Assembly: GCA_963664395.2 (NCBI GenBank) | Contig: OY761159.2 | Location: forward strand, 2,752,001 to 2,816,000 | Reading direction: 5' to 3' | DNA length: 64,000 bases | Source of the DNA: Candidatus Binatia bacterium | GTDB taxonomy: Bacteria; Desulfobacterota; Binatia; Bin18 | In this document: positions 32,007-42,475 of the stretch, in pieces | Position numbering within the stretch: the stretch's first letter is position 1 | How the letters are laid out: each line of letters begins with the position of its first letter | The notes under the pieces: model-generated | What the model was told of the DNA's origin: nothing | Databases searched by the model: none | Seen by the model: only the letters and a program-made list of their open reading frames with translations | Made by a program: the position numbers and the translations under genes

Positions 32007-35000
32007 ATGTCCTTTTATGCCGACCTGCATATTCATTCCAAATACTCGCGCGCTACCAGCAAAAACTGCGACTTGAAACACCTCGCCTATTGGGCCAGGA
32101 AAAAGGGCATTGCAGTCGTCGGAACCGGGGACTTCACCCATCCGGTCTGGAGGGCTGAACTCAAAGAGCAGTTGATCCCGGCCGAGCCGGGCCTGTTCCG
32201 CTTAAAGCCCGACCTGGAAAAAGAAGTCACCGCGATGCTGCCGCCGGCGTGTCAGGGCACGACGCGCTTTATGCTCTCGGTTGAAATATCAACGATCTAC
32301 AAGAAGGGCGACAAGACCCGCAAGATTCACCATTTGTTATACGCCCCGGACTTTCTCGCCGCTGATCGTATTACCGAGAGTTTGTCCAGGATCGGAAATG
32401 TAAAGTCCGATGGAAGACCCATCCTGGGATTGGATTCACGCCATTTATTGGAAATAACGCTGGAGTCGGACCCCGGTTCGTATCTCGTCCCGGCCCATAT
32501 TTGGACACCGTGGTTTGCCGCGTTAGGCTCAAAGTCAGGCTTTGATGCCATAGACGACTGTTACGCTGACCTTGCCCCTCATATTTTTGCCGTGGAAACG
32601 GGCCTGTCGTCAGACCCGGAGATGAATTGGCGGGTGTCGTCCCTGGACCGCTTCCGGCTGGTATCAAATTCCGACGCGCATTCGCCCGAGAAGCTCGGGC
32701 GCGAAGCGTGTGTGTTTGATACTGAGCGTGATTATTTTTCGATGCGCCACGCCTTGGAGACCGGACAGGGGTATCGAGGCACAGTCGAGTTTTTTCCCGA
32801 AGAGGGGAAATACCACCTGGACGGGCATCGGAATTGTCATATCCGTCTCCTGCCGCACGAGACCAGACAACTTGATGGCCGTTGCCCCGAGTGTGGCAGG
32901 CCGCTGACGATTGGCGTGATGCACCGGGTGGACGATTTAGCCGACCGTGAAGACGAAATGCAGCCCGCGACGGCCGGTGCGGTCCAGAGCCTTGTCCCCC
33001 TCCCCGAGATGTTATCCGAGATTTTGCATGTGGGTCCGAAGAGTAAAAAGGTGGGCCAACACTACGAGGGCTTACTCAACCAACTTGGACCCGAGTTGCA
33101 GTTGCTGAACGATATTCCATTGGAAGACATTCGGAAAAGTGGAGACACGCTTATTGCGGAAGCCATATCCCGCCTACGCAAACAAGAAGTGATCCGCGAT
33201 GCCGGTTATGACGGCGTGTATGGAACAATCCGGCTGTTTCGGGATGAAGAGCTCCGCCAAAAGACGAGCGGCGCGTCGTTGTTCAAAGAGGAACACAAGC
33301 CCCAAGACAAACAGACCAATTTGCAGAACGATGCGCAGAACAATTTGCCTGTGGAGGACCGCCACAAGCAGCGAAAGGCGACTCAGCGAAAAGCGGCCGC
33401 AGCCCATACTCCCGGCCCATCTCCCGTGACTGCGGAAGACACACCGGCAGCGGCAGATATCTTATCCGGACTTGATAGTGACCAGCGTCAGGCAGCGGAG
33501 ATTACAGCAGGTCCGCTGCTGATTGTTGCCGGGCCGGGTTCCGGAAAAACACGCACTCTCACGCATCGCATTGCGCATCTCATTCGCAATCACGGTGTCC
33601 GTCCCGAACACTGCTTGGCCATCACGTTTACCCGCCGGGCCGCGGACGAAATGCGAGAACGTTTACACACGCTCCTGCCCGATGTTGCAGAGAATATCCC
33701 ACTTTTTACGTTTCACGCTTTGGGCATGTCCATTCTCCAGGAGCATTGGAACGCAGCTGGTCTCCAGCGTGGCTTTCGGGTGGCCTCAGACGCGGAACGT
33801 CAACAACTGTTGCGCGAAACACTCGGCGTTTCGGCCCGCCGGACGCGCAGCCTGCTGTCAGCCATTGCGGTGGCGAAACGAACCGGGCAGGCGCCGGCTG
33901 AGGCCAAGCCGGCCACAGCCTACCGCCTCTACCAGCAGGAATTAGAAGCACAGAACCTGGTTGATTTCGATGACCTGATTGGCCGCGTGATCCACGCTTT
34001 CGAAGCCGACGAAGGGCTGCGGGCTGCGTATCGTGCGCAATACCAATGGGTGTGCATTGACGAATACCAGGATGTGGACGAGCAGCAGGTCCGTCTCATC
34101 AAGCTGCTCGTTCCGCCCGACGGAAACATCTGTGCGATTGGCGACCCGGACCAGGCCATCTATCGTTTCCGCGGGGCAGATGTCCGCTTCTTCGCCCAGT
34201 TCACGACAGACTTCCCCGGTGCGCACGTGGTACGACTCACGCGGAATTATCGGTCTGACCGCAATATCGTCCAGCTCTCTTCCCAGGTCATTGCGCCGTC
34301 CGGGTCCGAGCAGAAATCCACTCCGGTCCTTGCAGACCCACCAAGTTTAATCACTATCCATGAGGCGCGGACAGAGAAGGCCGAGGCCGAGTTCATCGTG
34401 CAATCACTCGAAACGCTGCTGGGTGGCCACAGCTTCTTTTCGATCGATAGCGGTCGATCCCGAGACGCTGAAGGCCAGGACATCTCCTTTGCTGACGTCG
34501 CTGTTCTGTACCGGACAGAAGCCCAATCGGAGGCAGTTGTTGAAGCCCTCCAACGTTCGGGTATGCCGTTTCAGAAACACGCCCATACGCGGCTGCTCGA
34601 CCATCCTGGGGTGGCGCTCCTGATTGATGCCCTGCGTGGACAGCACAGCGCCGGACCTCTCGTTGCACGGCTTACAGCAGCTTTTGAAAAAACCGAAGCC
34701 GATGAAGCAAGAGATGAGGCAGCAGAAGCCTTTGCACTCTTACAACCTGTTGCTCGGGAGTGCGGGGATGATCTGGATCGCTTTCTTTCTACCCTGACGC
34801 TGGAAACGCAGGTCGATACCTGGGACCCGCGCGCCGACCGGATTTCCTTACTCACCCTGCATGCCGCCAAAGGCTTGGAATTCCCCGTTGTCTTTATTGT
34901 GGGCTGTGAAGATGGCATTCTGCCGCTGAGCTGGGGCAAAGCCGAAGCTGCCGACCTTGACGAAGAGCGCCGCCTGTTTTACGTCGGCGTCACACGGGCA

Positions 35001-35171
35001 CAGACCAAACTCTATCTGTGTCACGCCCAGAAACGCCGCTGGCGCGGGGCGGTGCAATCCATGTCACCTTCCCCGTATTTAGCCGATATTGAGGAACGGC
35101 TGCTCGAACGTCGTCGGAGTCAGATGCCTGCCGGGAGGAAGAAGCCGGCGAATCAGTTGGAGCTGTTTTGA
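32007..35171 (+). CDS. PHP/EndoQ-like nuclease fused to UvrD-like helicase
   Basis: DLHIHS, SDAH, Zn finger CPEC; AGPGSGKT, DEYQD, GDPDQAIY, NYRS, HAAKGLEF, EERRLFYV. Confidence 0.9.
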   Translation: MSFYADLHIHSKYSRATSKNCDLKHLAYWARKKGIAVVGTGDFTHPVWRAELKEQLIPAEPGLFRLKPDLEKEVTAMLPPACQGTTRFMLSVEISTIYKKGDKTRKIHHLLYAPDFLAADRITESLSRIGNVKSDGRPILGLDSRHLLEITLESDPGSYLVPAHIWTPWFAALGSKSGFDAIDDCYADLAPHIFAVETGLSSDPEMNWRVSSLDRFRLVSNSDAHSPEKLGREACVFDTERDYFSMRHALETGQGYRGTVEFFPEEGKYHLDGHRNCHIRLLPHETRQLDGRCPECGRPLTIGVMHRVDDLADREDEMQPATAGAVQSLVPLPEMLSEILHVGPKSKKVGQHYEGLLNQLGPELQLLNDIPLEDIRKSGDTLIAEAISRLRKQEVIRDAGYDGVYGTIRLFRDEELRQKTSGASLFKEEHKPQDKQTNLQNDAQNNLPVEDRHKQRKATQRKAAAAHTPGPSPVTAEDTPAAADILSGLDSDQRQAAEITAGPLLIVAGPGSGKTRTLTHRIAHLIRNHGVRPEHCLAITFTRRAADEMRERLHTLLPDVAENIPLFTFHALGMSILQEHWNAAGLQRGFRVASDAERQQLLRETLGVSARRTRSLLSAIAVAKRTGQAPAEAKPATAYRLYQQELEAQNLVDFDDLIGRVIHAFEADEGLRAAYRAQYQWVCIDEYQDVDEQQVRLIKLLVPPDGNICAIGDPDQAIYRFRGADVRFFAQFTTDFPGAHVVRLTRNYRSDRNIVQLSSQVIAPSGSEQKSTPVLADPPSLITIHEARTEKAEAEFIVQSLETLLGGHSFFSIDSGRSRDAEGQDISFADVAVLYRTEAQSEAVVEALQRSGMPFQKHAHTRLLDHPGVALLIDALRGQHSAGPLVARLTAAFEKTEADEARDEAAEAFALLQPVARECGDDLDRFLSTLTLETQVDTWDPRADRISLLTLHAAKGLEFPVVFIVGCEDGILPLSWGKAEAADLDEERRLFYVGVTRAQTKLYLCHAQKRRWRGAVQSMSPSPYLADIEERLLERRRSQMPAGRKKPANQLELF

Positions 35172-35250
35172 GGGGGGTGTACCTGGACCAAAAAGGCCGG
35201 GCGCTTGAGCACTCCTTGAGGTCGAGCTCAAATCTGATAATCTGATTTAT

Positions 35251-35517
35251 ATGAAGTCGCATATTTCGGCAACGCAGGCCGCCCGTACCTTTTCTGCTCT
35301 CCTCAACCGCGTACACTATCGGGGCGAAGAGTTTGTTATTGAGCGGAGTGGGGAGCCGGTCTGTCGTATCATCCCAGTCCAGCCAGCCACTCGCACCCTT
35401 GCCGATCTCGTACAACTCCTGCGTTCAATTCCAAAACCTGACCCCGGCTATTGGGATACCGTGGAAGCGTTAACGGTACAGCAAGCTGTGTTGTCAGAGT
35501 CACCGTGGGAATACTGA
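35251..35517 (+). CDS. vapB: Phd/YefM family antitoxin
   Basis: ISATQAARTFSALLNRV...GEEFVIER; overlaps the PIN toxin gene. Confidence 0.8.
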   Translation: MKSHISATQAARTFSALLNRVHYRGEEFVIERSGEPVCRIIPVQPATRTLADLVQLLRSIPKPDPGYWDTVEALTVQQAVLSESPWEY

Positions 35518-35906
35518 TCGACACGAGTGTCCTGATTGCTATCGAGCGAGGGCAGTGCGAGCTGGACGCCTTGCTCGTGGAGCAGGCAGAGGAGGATATT
35601 GCTCTGGCGGCGATTACTGCCTCGGAATTGTTGCACGGTGTACACCGGGCGGGGAAGGCTGCGTATCGGGCACGGCGTGAGGCGTTTGTTGAGCACCTGC
35701 TCGCCCGGCTCACTGTCATTCCATTTGACCTTGTCGTCGCCCGGATTCATGCCCGTATCTGGGCGAGGCTAGCCGCCAAAGGGGTGACAGTCGGAACACA
35801 CGATTTACTCATTGCCGCTACCGCTCTGGCATCTGATTTCAGGGTTGCTACCCGTGACGAGCGAAGCTTCTCCCGTATTCCTGGGCTTTCCATCGTGCGG
35901 TGGTAG
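35505..35906 (+). CDS. vapC: PIN-domain toxin
   Basis: LIDTSVLI, SELLHG, DLLIAATA, TRDERSF. Confidence 0.9.
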   Translation: MGILIDTSVLIAIERGQCELDALLVEQAEEDIALAAITASELLHGVHRAGKAAYRARREAFVEHLLARLTVIPFDLVVARIHARIWARLAAKGVTVGTHDLLIAATALASDFRVATRDERSFSRIPGLSIVRW

Positions 35907-36051
35907 CAAGAAACGCCGCTGGCGTGGCACAGTGCAATCCAGGTCGCCCTCTCCTTTATTTAGCCGATATTGAGGAACACCTGCTCGACCGTCGTCGGAG
36001 TCAGGCCCAGGCCCGGAGGAAGAAGCCGGCGAATCAGTTGGAGCTGTGGTG

Positions 36052-36426
36052 TTAACCAAACAGGAGTTGTCGAATATGTTCGGGCCGGGTTACCAGGCCC
36101 GCCAGCTTGTGAAGTGAGGCATCAATAGCCTGGGTGAAAGCGGCCGGCCCGCCGAATCGCTCCACCGTATCCGGTGGCATAAACTTGAACAGGAAATCGG
36201 CTGTACCGGGTGGCAGAGCGGCGAAGTGGACCGCCAGAATGCCATAATCCTGCAAGAGCATAGCCAATGCGGCAGCCGCCTCATACGGAACAATCGGTGC
36301 CTGCGGGGCCGCGCTCAGACCGGCCCGCTCCAGGATCAGTTCGAGTATATCGTCTGCCGGCAGCTCGGCGAGACGAACCCTCCCCTCTCGTTTTGAATAG
36401 TAGTGCTGTCTTGGCGAAAATGCCAA
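36052..36426 (-). CDS. hypothetical protein
   Basis: 124-aa ORF divergent from the dehydrogenase gene. Confidence 0.5.
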   Translation of the reverse strand: MAFSPRQHYYSKREGRVRLAELPADDILELILERAGLSAAPQAPIVPYEAAAALAMLLQDYGILAVHFAALPPGTADFLFKFMPPDTVERFGGPAAFTQAIDASLHKLAGLVTRPEHIRQLLFG

Positions 36427-36467
36427 CGCGGCGTAGGATACTCAGGCGTATAAGGAGGAGCCTCCAG

Positions 36468-37568
36468 ATGAAAGCCGCAGTCCTGTCGGAAGTTGGTGGC
36501 CGGTTGGTTATTGAGGATATTCCGCAGCCCCGTCCCAAGGCTGGTGAAGTATTGGTCAAAGTCGCTGCGTGTGGGGTGTGTCATACCGACCTGCATGTGA
36601 TGAAGGGTGAAGTGAAGTTCCCGGTGCCGTGTGTGCTGGGCCACGAGATCTCTGGCAGTGTTGAGGAAGTCGGTCCTGAGGTGAAGACGACCCGGCCCGG
36701 AGAGAAGGTGGTGTGTAGCTTTATCATGCCGTGCGGGGTGTGCTCGTACTGTGTGCGGGGGCGGGACGATCTGTGTGAAACCTTCTTCGCGCTGAACCGT
36801 CTGAAGGGGACGCTCTACGATGGGGAGAGTCGTCTCTCTCGTTCTGATGGTTCGACCCTGGCTATGTATAGTATGGGCGGCCTGGCTGAGTATGCGGTTG
36901 TTCCAGCCAGTGATGTCTTTCCCGCTCCTGCTAATGTGTCCCTGACCGATGCGTGTATTCTCGGCTGTGCCATGATGACAGCCTATGGCGCGGTGAAGAA
37001 TCAGGCGCGAGTCCAACCGAGCGATAGCGTGGCCGTCGTCGGCACAGGTGGTGTGGGCTCAAACGTCGTTCAGGTCGCCAAGGCGTTTGGGGCCGGCCAG
37101 ATTATTGCGGTTGATGTGCGCGACGATAAACTGGAAGCGGCCAAGGCCCTTGGCGCAACCCATAGCGTGAATGCCAGTCAGGAAGAGCCCGTCGCAGCAG
37201 TGAACGCCTGCACCAACGGTCAGGGCGTAGACGTGGCCATTGAAGCCTTGGGACGACCGGAAACAGTGGTGAACGCGTTCATGATGACGCGCGATGGGGG
37301 GCGGGTGGTGGTGATCGGTATTGCCCCAGGCACGACAACCGCAGGCATTGAGATTACACGTCTGGTCCGCCGCGGCATTCAGCTTATGGGCTCCTACGGC
37401 AGTCGTGTCCGCACCGACCTGCCTGAGGTATTGGCATTGGCAGCCCGGGGGCAGGTTAATGTGTCCCAACCCATTACTCGGCGTTACAGCCTGGAACAGG
37501 CGGATGAAGCGTATGCGGCCTTGAGTCGTGGCGAGATTATTGGACGAGCGATTGTTCGTATGGCTTAG
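36468..37568 (+). CDS. zinc-dependent alcohol dehydrogenase family protein
   Basis: GVCHTD, GHE, structural CxxCxxC...C, GTGGVG; strong RBS. Confidence 0.9.
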   Translation: MKAAVLSEVGGRLVIEDIPQPRPKAGEVLVKVAACGVCHTDLHVMKGEVKFPVPCVLGHEISGSVEEVGPEVKTTRPGEKVVCSFIMPCGVCSYCVRGRDDLCETFFALNRLKGTLYDGESRLSRSDGSTLAMYSMGGLAEYAVVPASDVFPAPANVSLTDACILGCAMMTAYGAVKNQARVQPSDSVAVVGTGGVGSNVVQVAKAFGAGQIIAVDVRDDKLEAAKALGATHSVNASQEEPVAAVNACTNGQGVDVAIEALGRPETVVNAFMMTRDGGRVVVIGIAPGTTTAGIEITRLVRRGIQLMGSYGSRVRTDLPEVLALAARGQVNVSQPITRRYSLEQADEAYAALSRGEIIGRAIVRMA

Positions 37569-37619
37569 TACTGCGCATCTTTTCCCTCGGAGAGAAGCGT
37601 GTCTCTTGGAAAGTGATGG

Positions 37620-39140
37620 TCAGCCAGCGGCTTGCTCCGGTAGCGTGGCATCGCCTGTCGCAGAGTCCTGGTGTCGTCCAGCTGGCCGCCGAGTGAACGC
37701 CAGCGCGTCGTCGGTCAGCGAACCATAGGCTGCTGTCCAGACATCAAGCAGATAATTATGGTAGGCCCTCCAGGGCATCTTTACGCCTTGCTTGGGGAAG
37801 ATATCGATTGCTCTCTGGATGTAACCCGAGGTGAAATCAAAGAGTGGCTCCCGCTTCATAGCCGGGTCGTGGGGGCGCGGGCAGCACTGATCGTAACCGT
37901 TCGCCTCCATATGGTTGAGCAGTCGGCAGATATAGGTGCACGTGAGGTCACATTTGAGCGTCCACGACGCATTCGTATAGCCAATGGTCAGAGCCAGGTT
38001 CGGCACATTACTGAACATTATACTCTTGTAGGTCAGGGTCTCCGAGAACTCGACGGGCTCGCCATCGACCGTCACATCGAGACCGCCAAGGAGCTGCAAA
38101 TTAAGACCCGTGGCCGTCACGATGAGGTCGGCTTCAAGCTCCGTACCCGAACGCAGGCGGATACCGCGCTCGGTGAAGGTCTCGATATGGTCGGTGACAA
38201 GCGAGACCTGGCCGGCCTTGATCGCTTTGAAAAGATCGCTGTCCGGCACCAGGCACAGGCGCTGCTGCCACGGGTTGTAGTGGGGCGTGAAATGCTGCTC
38301 GATGTCATAGTCAGGCCCCAGGGCCGCGCGGACCTGGCGCAAGAGAAACGCCTTGGCCCGCTCCGGGGAGTGGCGACAGAACCAAAAGACATAGGCTCCG
38401 ATAAGCACGTTCTTCCACCGGATCATACGATAGACGAGGCTGTTCGGGAGAAAACGTCGCAGCGTATTGGCGAGATGATCCTCCGACGGCAAGGAGATCA
38501 TATAGGTAGGCGAACGTTGCAGCATGGTGACCTGGGCGGCCTGCTTGGCCATTTCAGGCACGAGCGTCACCGCGGTCGCTCCGCTCCCGATCACAATGAC
38601 GCGCTTGTCCACATAGTCGATATCAGCGGTCCACTGCTGCGGATGTACGATCCGGCCCTGAAATTTCTCGGTCCCGGCAAACTCCGGGGTGTAGCCTTGG
38701 TCGTAGTTGTAGTACCCGCTGCACATGAAGAGGAAGTTGCAGGTGAAGCGGCAGAGTTCGGCCGTGTCGGCCCGCTCGGTTTCTACCGTCCAACTCGCGT
38801 CCGCTGTAGACCATGCGGCCCGCTTCACGTGGTGGCCAAAACGAATCTTGCTATCGATGCCGAACTCTGTGGCTGTCTCGTGTACGTAGCGGAGGATGGA
38901 AGGCCCATCAGCGATTGCCTTCGGGTCGGTCCAGGGCCGGAACGAGTAGCCCAGCGTATACATGTCCGAATCCGAGCGGATACCAGGGTAGCGGAAAAGA
39001 TCCCAGGTGCCGCCGAGTGTGTCGCGTCGTTCGAGAATGGCATACGTCCGGCCCGGACAGTGTGCCTGCAAATGATAGCCGGCGGCAATCCCGGAGATTC
39101 CCGCGCCGACGATCAGGACATCGAAATGTTCCGTACTCAT
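37620..39140 (-). CDS. Baeyer-Villiger/FMO monooxygenase, EthA-like
   Basis: GAGISG, GGTWDLFRYPGIRSDS, FxGxxxHxxxW, GSGATA. Confidence 0.9.
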   Translation of the reverse strand: MSTEHFDVLIVGAGISGIAAGYHLQAHCPGRTYAILERRDTLGGTWDLFRYPGIRSDSDMYTLGYSFRPWTDPKAIADGPSILRYVHETATEFGIDSKIRFGHHVKRAAWSTADASWTVETERADTAELCRFTCNFLFMCSGYYNYDQGYTPEFAGTEKFQGRIVHPQQWTADIDYVDKRVIVIGSGATAVTLVPEMAKQAAQVTMLQRSPTYMISLPSEDHLANTLRRFLPNSLVYRMIRWKNVLIGAYVFWFCRHSPERAKAFLLRQVRAALGPDYDIEQHFTPHYNPWQQRLCLVPDSDLFKAIKAGQVSLVTDHIETFTERGIRLRSGTELEADLIVTATGLNLQLLGGLDVTVDGEPVEFSETLTYKSIMFSNVPNLALTIGYTNASWTLKCDLTCTYICRLLNHMEANGYDQCCPRPHDPAMKREPLFDFTSGYIQRAIDIFPKQGVKMPWRAYHNYLLDVWTAAYGSLTDDALAFTRRPAGRHQDSATGDATLPEQAAG

Positions 39141-39344
39141 AACTCCAGCATCTCAATTCGGGTATTGGCTCAGGATGGACATTACAGCCTTTGTGGTGAA
39201 AGGTGCCTATCAGCTCCGGCTTGAGCGGCACCCAGAAGCTCTCAATCGGCTGCGTGTGGACTCGGCCCCGGACATATCCACTGCCCGCCTCTGAGTACAG
39301 AAGGCAAGCCGTTCTTCGTTGTAGGCCCTCCGCCCGGAACCGTG

Positions 39345-40202
39345 TTAGCTGGCGCCGGCAAATTCGGCCACCGGGTCGCCCGCTATTCTGGCGTGGTACA
39401 TCACCCGCGCTTCGGTCATATCCCACGGGCAGGCCCGGTGCAGCAGGCGACGGTTATCCCACAGCACGGCGTCGCCGGCGGTCCAACGGTGGTGATAGAC
39501 GCGTGGGGCCTGGCAGGTATGGTCCACCAGCGCCTGGAGTAATTGTTCGGATTCAGCCGGGTCCAGCCCCGGAATGCCGTACGCATGGCGACCAACTAGC
39601 AGAGACTGCCGCCCGGTCTCGGGATGCGTTTTCACCAGGGGTCTCAGCGGCGGGTCCTGGACATCTAAGCCATAGCCATTATAATCGCCGCCCTTTTTGG
39701 CTGAAAACCCAATCTTTTTCTGTGAATGCCGGAGGGAATGGTAGGCCGACAGATTAGCAATTCTCTCTTTCGTGGCGGCATCAAGCGCGTCATACCCGGC
39801 GCGTAAATCCGCCCAGCCGGTTTCCCCGCGAGAAGGAGGAACAATGTGGGCTGTGAACACCGCACCCTTGGCTTGCACGGGCATATAGGTGCTGTCACAA
39901 TGCCAACCCATATTCCCTTTGAGCACCTGAATCATCTCGTCTGCATCGTCTTCGACGCGAACGCTGCCGTCTTTTTTGACGTTGCTGATCGGCACCAGAT
40001 CAAATTCCAGTTTACCGAAGCGTTTGGTAAATTCGACCTGCTGGTCGTTGGAGAGATGCTGGTCCGGGAAGATGAGCAGCGCATACTCAAGCCAGGTGTC
40101 GTACAGCCGGCTGAAGGTTGTCTCGTCAATTGCGGCCAGCTTGAGTCCGGTTACGGTCGCCCCAAAGCTCGCATTGAGCGGCTTAACCTGAAAATCTGTC
40201 AT
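39345..40202 (-). CDS. TauD/TfdA family 2-oxoglutarate dioxygenase
   Basis: WHCDS, WDNRRLLHRA. Confidence 0.9.
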   Translation of the reverse strand: MTDFQVKPLNASFGATVTGLKLAAIDETTFSRLYDTWLEYALLIFPDQHLSNDQQVEFTKRFGKLEFDLVPISNVKKDGSVRVEDDADEMIQVLKGNMGWHCDSTYMPVQAKGAVFTAHIVPPSRGETGWADLRAGYDALDAATKERIANLSAYHSLRHSQKKIGFSAKKGGDYNGYGLDVQDPPLRPLVKTHPETGRQSLLVGRHAYGIPGLDPAESEQLLQALVDHTCQAPRVYHHRWTAGDAVLWDNRRLLHRACPWDMTEARVMYHARIAGDPVAEFAGAS

Positions 40203-40354
40203 GGGTGTGCTTCCTCCTGGGTTGCCTCAGAATGACGCGCGAAAGGAAAACTGTCAATCCATGATCCGGTTCAGCGACGGACAGTTAGATGATACTGCAA
40301 TGCTCTTCCGACGGTGCAAAATAGCGCCAATCATATACGAAAGGTTGCTGGAAT

Positions 40355-40834
40355 ATGGAAATTTTGCTTTTCGCCCTACTTTTTGCCATATTTTCTGCCC
40401 TCATCGCCAGCCATAAAAACCGCTCTGTTCTTGGCTGGTTTTTCGTAGGAGCCTTTTTCGGTCCGTTTGGACTACTTGTCGCCGCCTTCCCAAAACTCGA
40501 CCCGGCCAAAAACACGGCTCGAAAAGCACCCCAATCACGAAGTCAGGGTCGTCTTGAACAACATAACGCCCAGTTCCGCGCCTGTCCTCACTGCACCAAA
40601 CAAATCCCCAAAACCACCGACCAATGCCTGTTCTGTCACCAATCTGTCGAGCCCGAACCGATCAATCTTCCAAAGCCAGAAGCAGTAGTAGAACCTGAGA
40701 CAGAAGAACCAACCACCAAAGAAACCGTCCCAGCCGCTGCCCGCCTACGTGAGCTCGAGTCCTTGCACACCGACGACCTCATCACGGACGAAGAATACGA
40801 ATCTAAGCGTGCCGAGATCATGAAGGAACTCTAA
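40355..40834 (+). CDS. membrane protein with zinc ribbon and SHOCT domain
   Basis: 2 TM, CPHC..CLFC, LITDEEYESKRAEI. Confidence 0.75.
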   Translation: MEILLFALLFAIFSALIASHKNRSVLGWFFVGAFFGPFGLLVAAFPKLDPAKNTARKAPQSRSQGRLEQHNAQFRACPHCTKQIPKTTDQCLFCHQSVEPEPINLPKPEAVVEPETEEPTTKETVPAAARLRELESLHTDDLITDEEYESKRAEIMKEL

Positions 40835-40926
40835 CCATGCGTCCCTTTATCAGTTGAGTTGGTCCAGTGGCGGTGACTGCTCACGGTCAATAAACAACTA
40901 GAGGATAAAAGGCAGGCCAGCAGCAA

Positions 40927-40955
40927 GAAAAAAGCCCTTGCAGAAACAAGGGCTT
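40927..40955 (-). terminator. rho-independent terminator downstream of the tRNA 3' end
   Basis: AAGCCCTTG/CAAGGGCTT stem followed by a U-run on the minus strand. Confidence 0.75.
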
Positions 40956-41007
40956 GGTGAGAGCCACCCATCGGAGTCGAACCGACGACCTACTGATTAC
41001 GAATCAG
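40955..41007 (-). tRNA. 3' half of tRNA-Thr(CGT), att site remnant (not a full tRNA)
   Basis: minus strand CTGA-TTCGTAA-TCAG anticodon arm, GGTTCGACTCC T-arm, GGTGGC acceptor half; no D-arm or 5' half upstream. Confidence 0.85.
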
Positions 41008-41134
41008 TATGGAACGCATTTCGCGCACTTTCCTTATTTTGCTGATAGTTGTCATAGGTAGTTGAATATACTAGGTAAATACGAATATAGCCTTGCGCTT
41101 GCTTGCGTTGATTTGCGGTGGTATTCTGTCTCTG

Positions 41135-41154
41135 TGGTGACTTATTGGTGACTT
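41135..41154 (+). promoter_or_regulatory. putative integrase arm-type binding sites
   Basis: TGGTGACTT direct repeat x2 between att core and integrase. Confidence 0.5.
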
Positions 41155-41190
41155 TTCGACTCACTGACAGACACTGATTTGGAGGCGGAC

Positions 41191-42372
41191 ATGCTGACAG
41201 AACGACGTATCCGGGACGCGAAGTCGGCACCGAAGCCAGTCACCTTGTGGGACTCGCAGGTGACTGGCCTAGGTTGCAGGGTGTTCCCGAGCGGGCGCAA
41301 GGCGTTCGTCTTGTCCTACCGGGTCGCCGGCCGGAAGCGGTTGGCGACATTGGGACGGCCCTCGGAAATGAGTTTGCAGACGGCTCGGGAGATGGCGGCC
41401 GAGGAGGTCGTGCGTATCCGCGCCGGTGAGGCGGACCCGTTGGAACGGCGGCGGCAGATGCGGGAGGCTCCGACGGTGGCCGACGCGCTGGCACGATTCT
41501 TCGACGAAGTCGCACCGGCACGGATTGAAGCGGGTCGTATGACGCGGCGCACCGTAGACGAGTATCGGCGGCAAGCGCGACGGTACGTCGAACCTGTGCT
41601 TGGGTCCCTCCAGGTGGCGCGCGTGACCCGCGGCGACATTGAGAGAGTCGCGGCGACATTAGCCAAGACGCGGGTGTTGCGTAACCGGGTACTGGCGTTC
41701 CTGTCGAGGGTCTTCACCCTGGCCGAGCTTTGGGAATGGCGGCCGCAACAGACAAATCCGGTTCGGGGGGTCGAACGGGCAAGAGAGGAGGCCCGTGATC
41801 GTGTACTCGCGACATCCGAACTGTACGCCTTAAGTGCAGCCCTCAAGGCGCTGGAAAAGGTGAACCCGTTTCCGGTTGCCGCGATCCGGGTGGCGGCCAT
41901 GACCGGACTCCGGATTTCGGAAATCCTTTTGATGAAATGGGAAAACATCGATTTCGAGACCGGCCGCGTGGTGCTGCCGGCGACGAAAACCGGGAGGCGC
42001 ATTGCGCCGCTCGCTGCTCCGGTTCTTGAGCTGCTGGAGCGGCTCCCGCGCATCAACGGAAACCCGTGGGTATTCGCCGCAGGGCGGGGAGCGGCTACGA
42101 CGTACCGGACGGCGCGGGCTGTCTTCGCTGAGGCGGCCACGGCTGCGGGGCTCCCGGACGTGCGGCTGCACGATCTGCGGCGCTCGCTGGCCACTCGTCT
42201 GGCTGGAGCCGGAGTCAACGCCTACGTGCTGAGGGACGTGCTCGGCCACAAAACCTTGACGATGGCCAACAGGTATGTCCAGGTGGCCAGCGATGCCCTG
42301 ACCAATGCCACCGAGAAGGCTGCCGCGCTCACGGCCGCCGCGATGGCCGGGGAACAGCCAGCCAAAACATAA
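41191..42372 (+). CDS. tyrosine integrase with arm-binding domain
   Basis: GLRISE, HDLRR, LGH, NRY catalytic residues; N-terminal WD...GLG.RV arm domain. Confidence 0.95.
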   Translation: MLTERRIRDAKSAPKPVTLWDSQVTGLGCRVFPSGRKAFVLSYRVAGRKRLATLGRPSEMSLQTAREMAAEEVVRIRAGEADPLERRRQMREAPTVADALARFFDEVAPARIEAGRMTRRTVDEYRRQARRYVEPVLGSLQVARVTRGDIERVAATLAKTRVLRNRVLAFLSRVFTLAELWEWRPQQTNPVRGVERAREEARDRVLATSELYALSAALKALEKVNPFPVAAIRVAAMTGLRISEILLMKWENIDFETGRVVLPATKTGRRIAPLAAPVLELLERLPRINGNPWVFAAGRGAATTYRTARAVFAEAATAAGLPDVRLHDLRRSLATRLAGAGVNAYVLRDVLGHKTLTMANRYVQVASDALTNATEKAAALTAAAMAGEQPAKT

Positions 42373-42475
42373 GGGAGGACCGTCATGGATAAGAAGACTC
42401 CGCTATGGCAATTGACTGAGGCCGAAGGTACGGCGATCTGGCTTGAAATGATTTGGGCTCCAGATGCACTCGAAC

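Larger units (their letters stand above)
35029..36047 (+). repeat. ~138-bp diverged direct repeat (35029-35166 and 35909-36047) flanking the TA module
   Basis: AGAAACGCCGCTGGCG...GAATCAGTTGGAGCTGT present twice. Confidence 0.9.

Noticed and set aside
37671-39224. 517-aa plus-strand ORF
   Set aside because: Antisense shadow of the EthA-like monooxygenase
40955-41007. Functional tRNA gene
   Set aside because: The 5' acceptor strand and D-arm are missing
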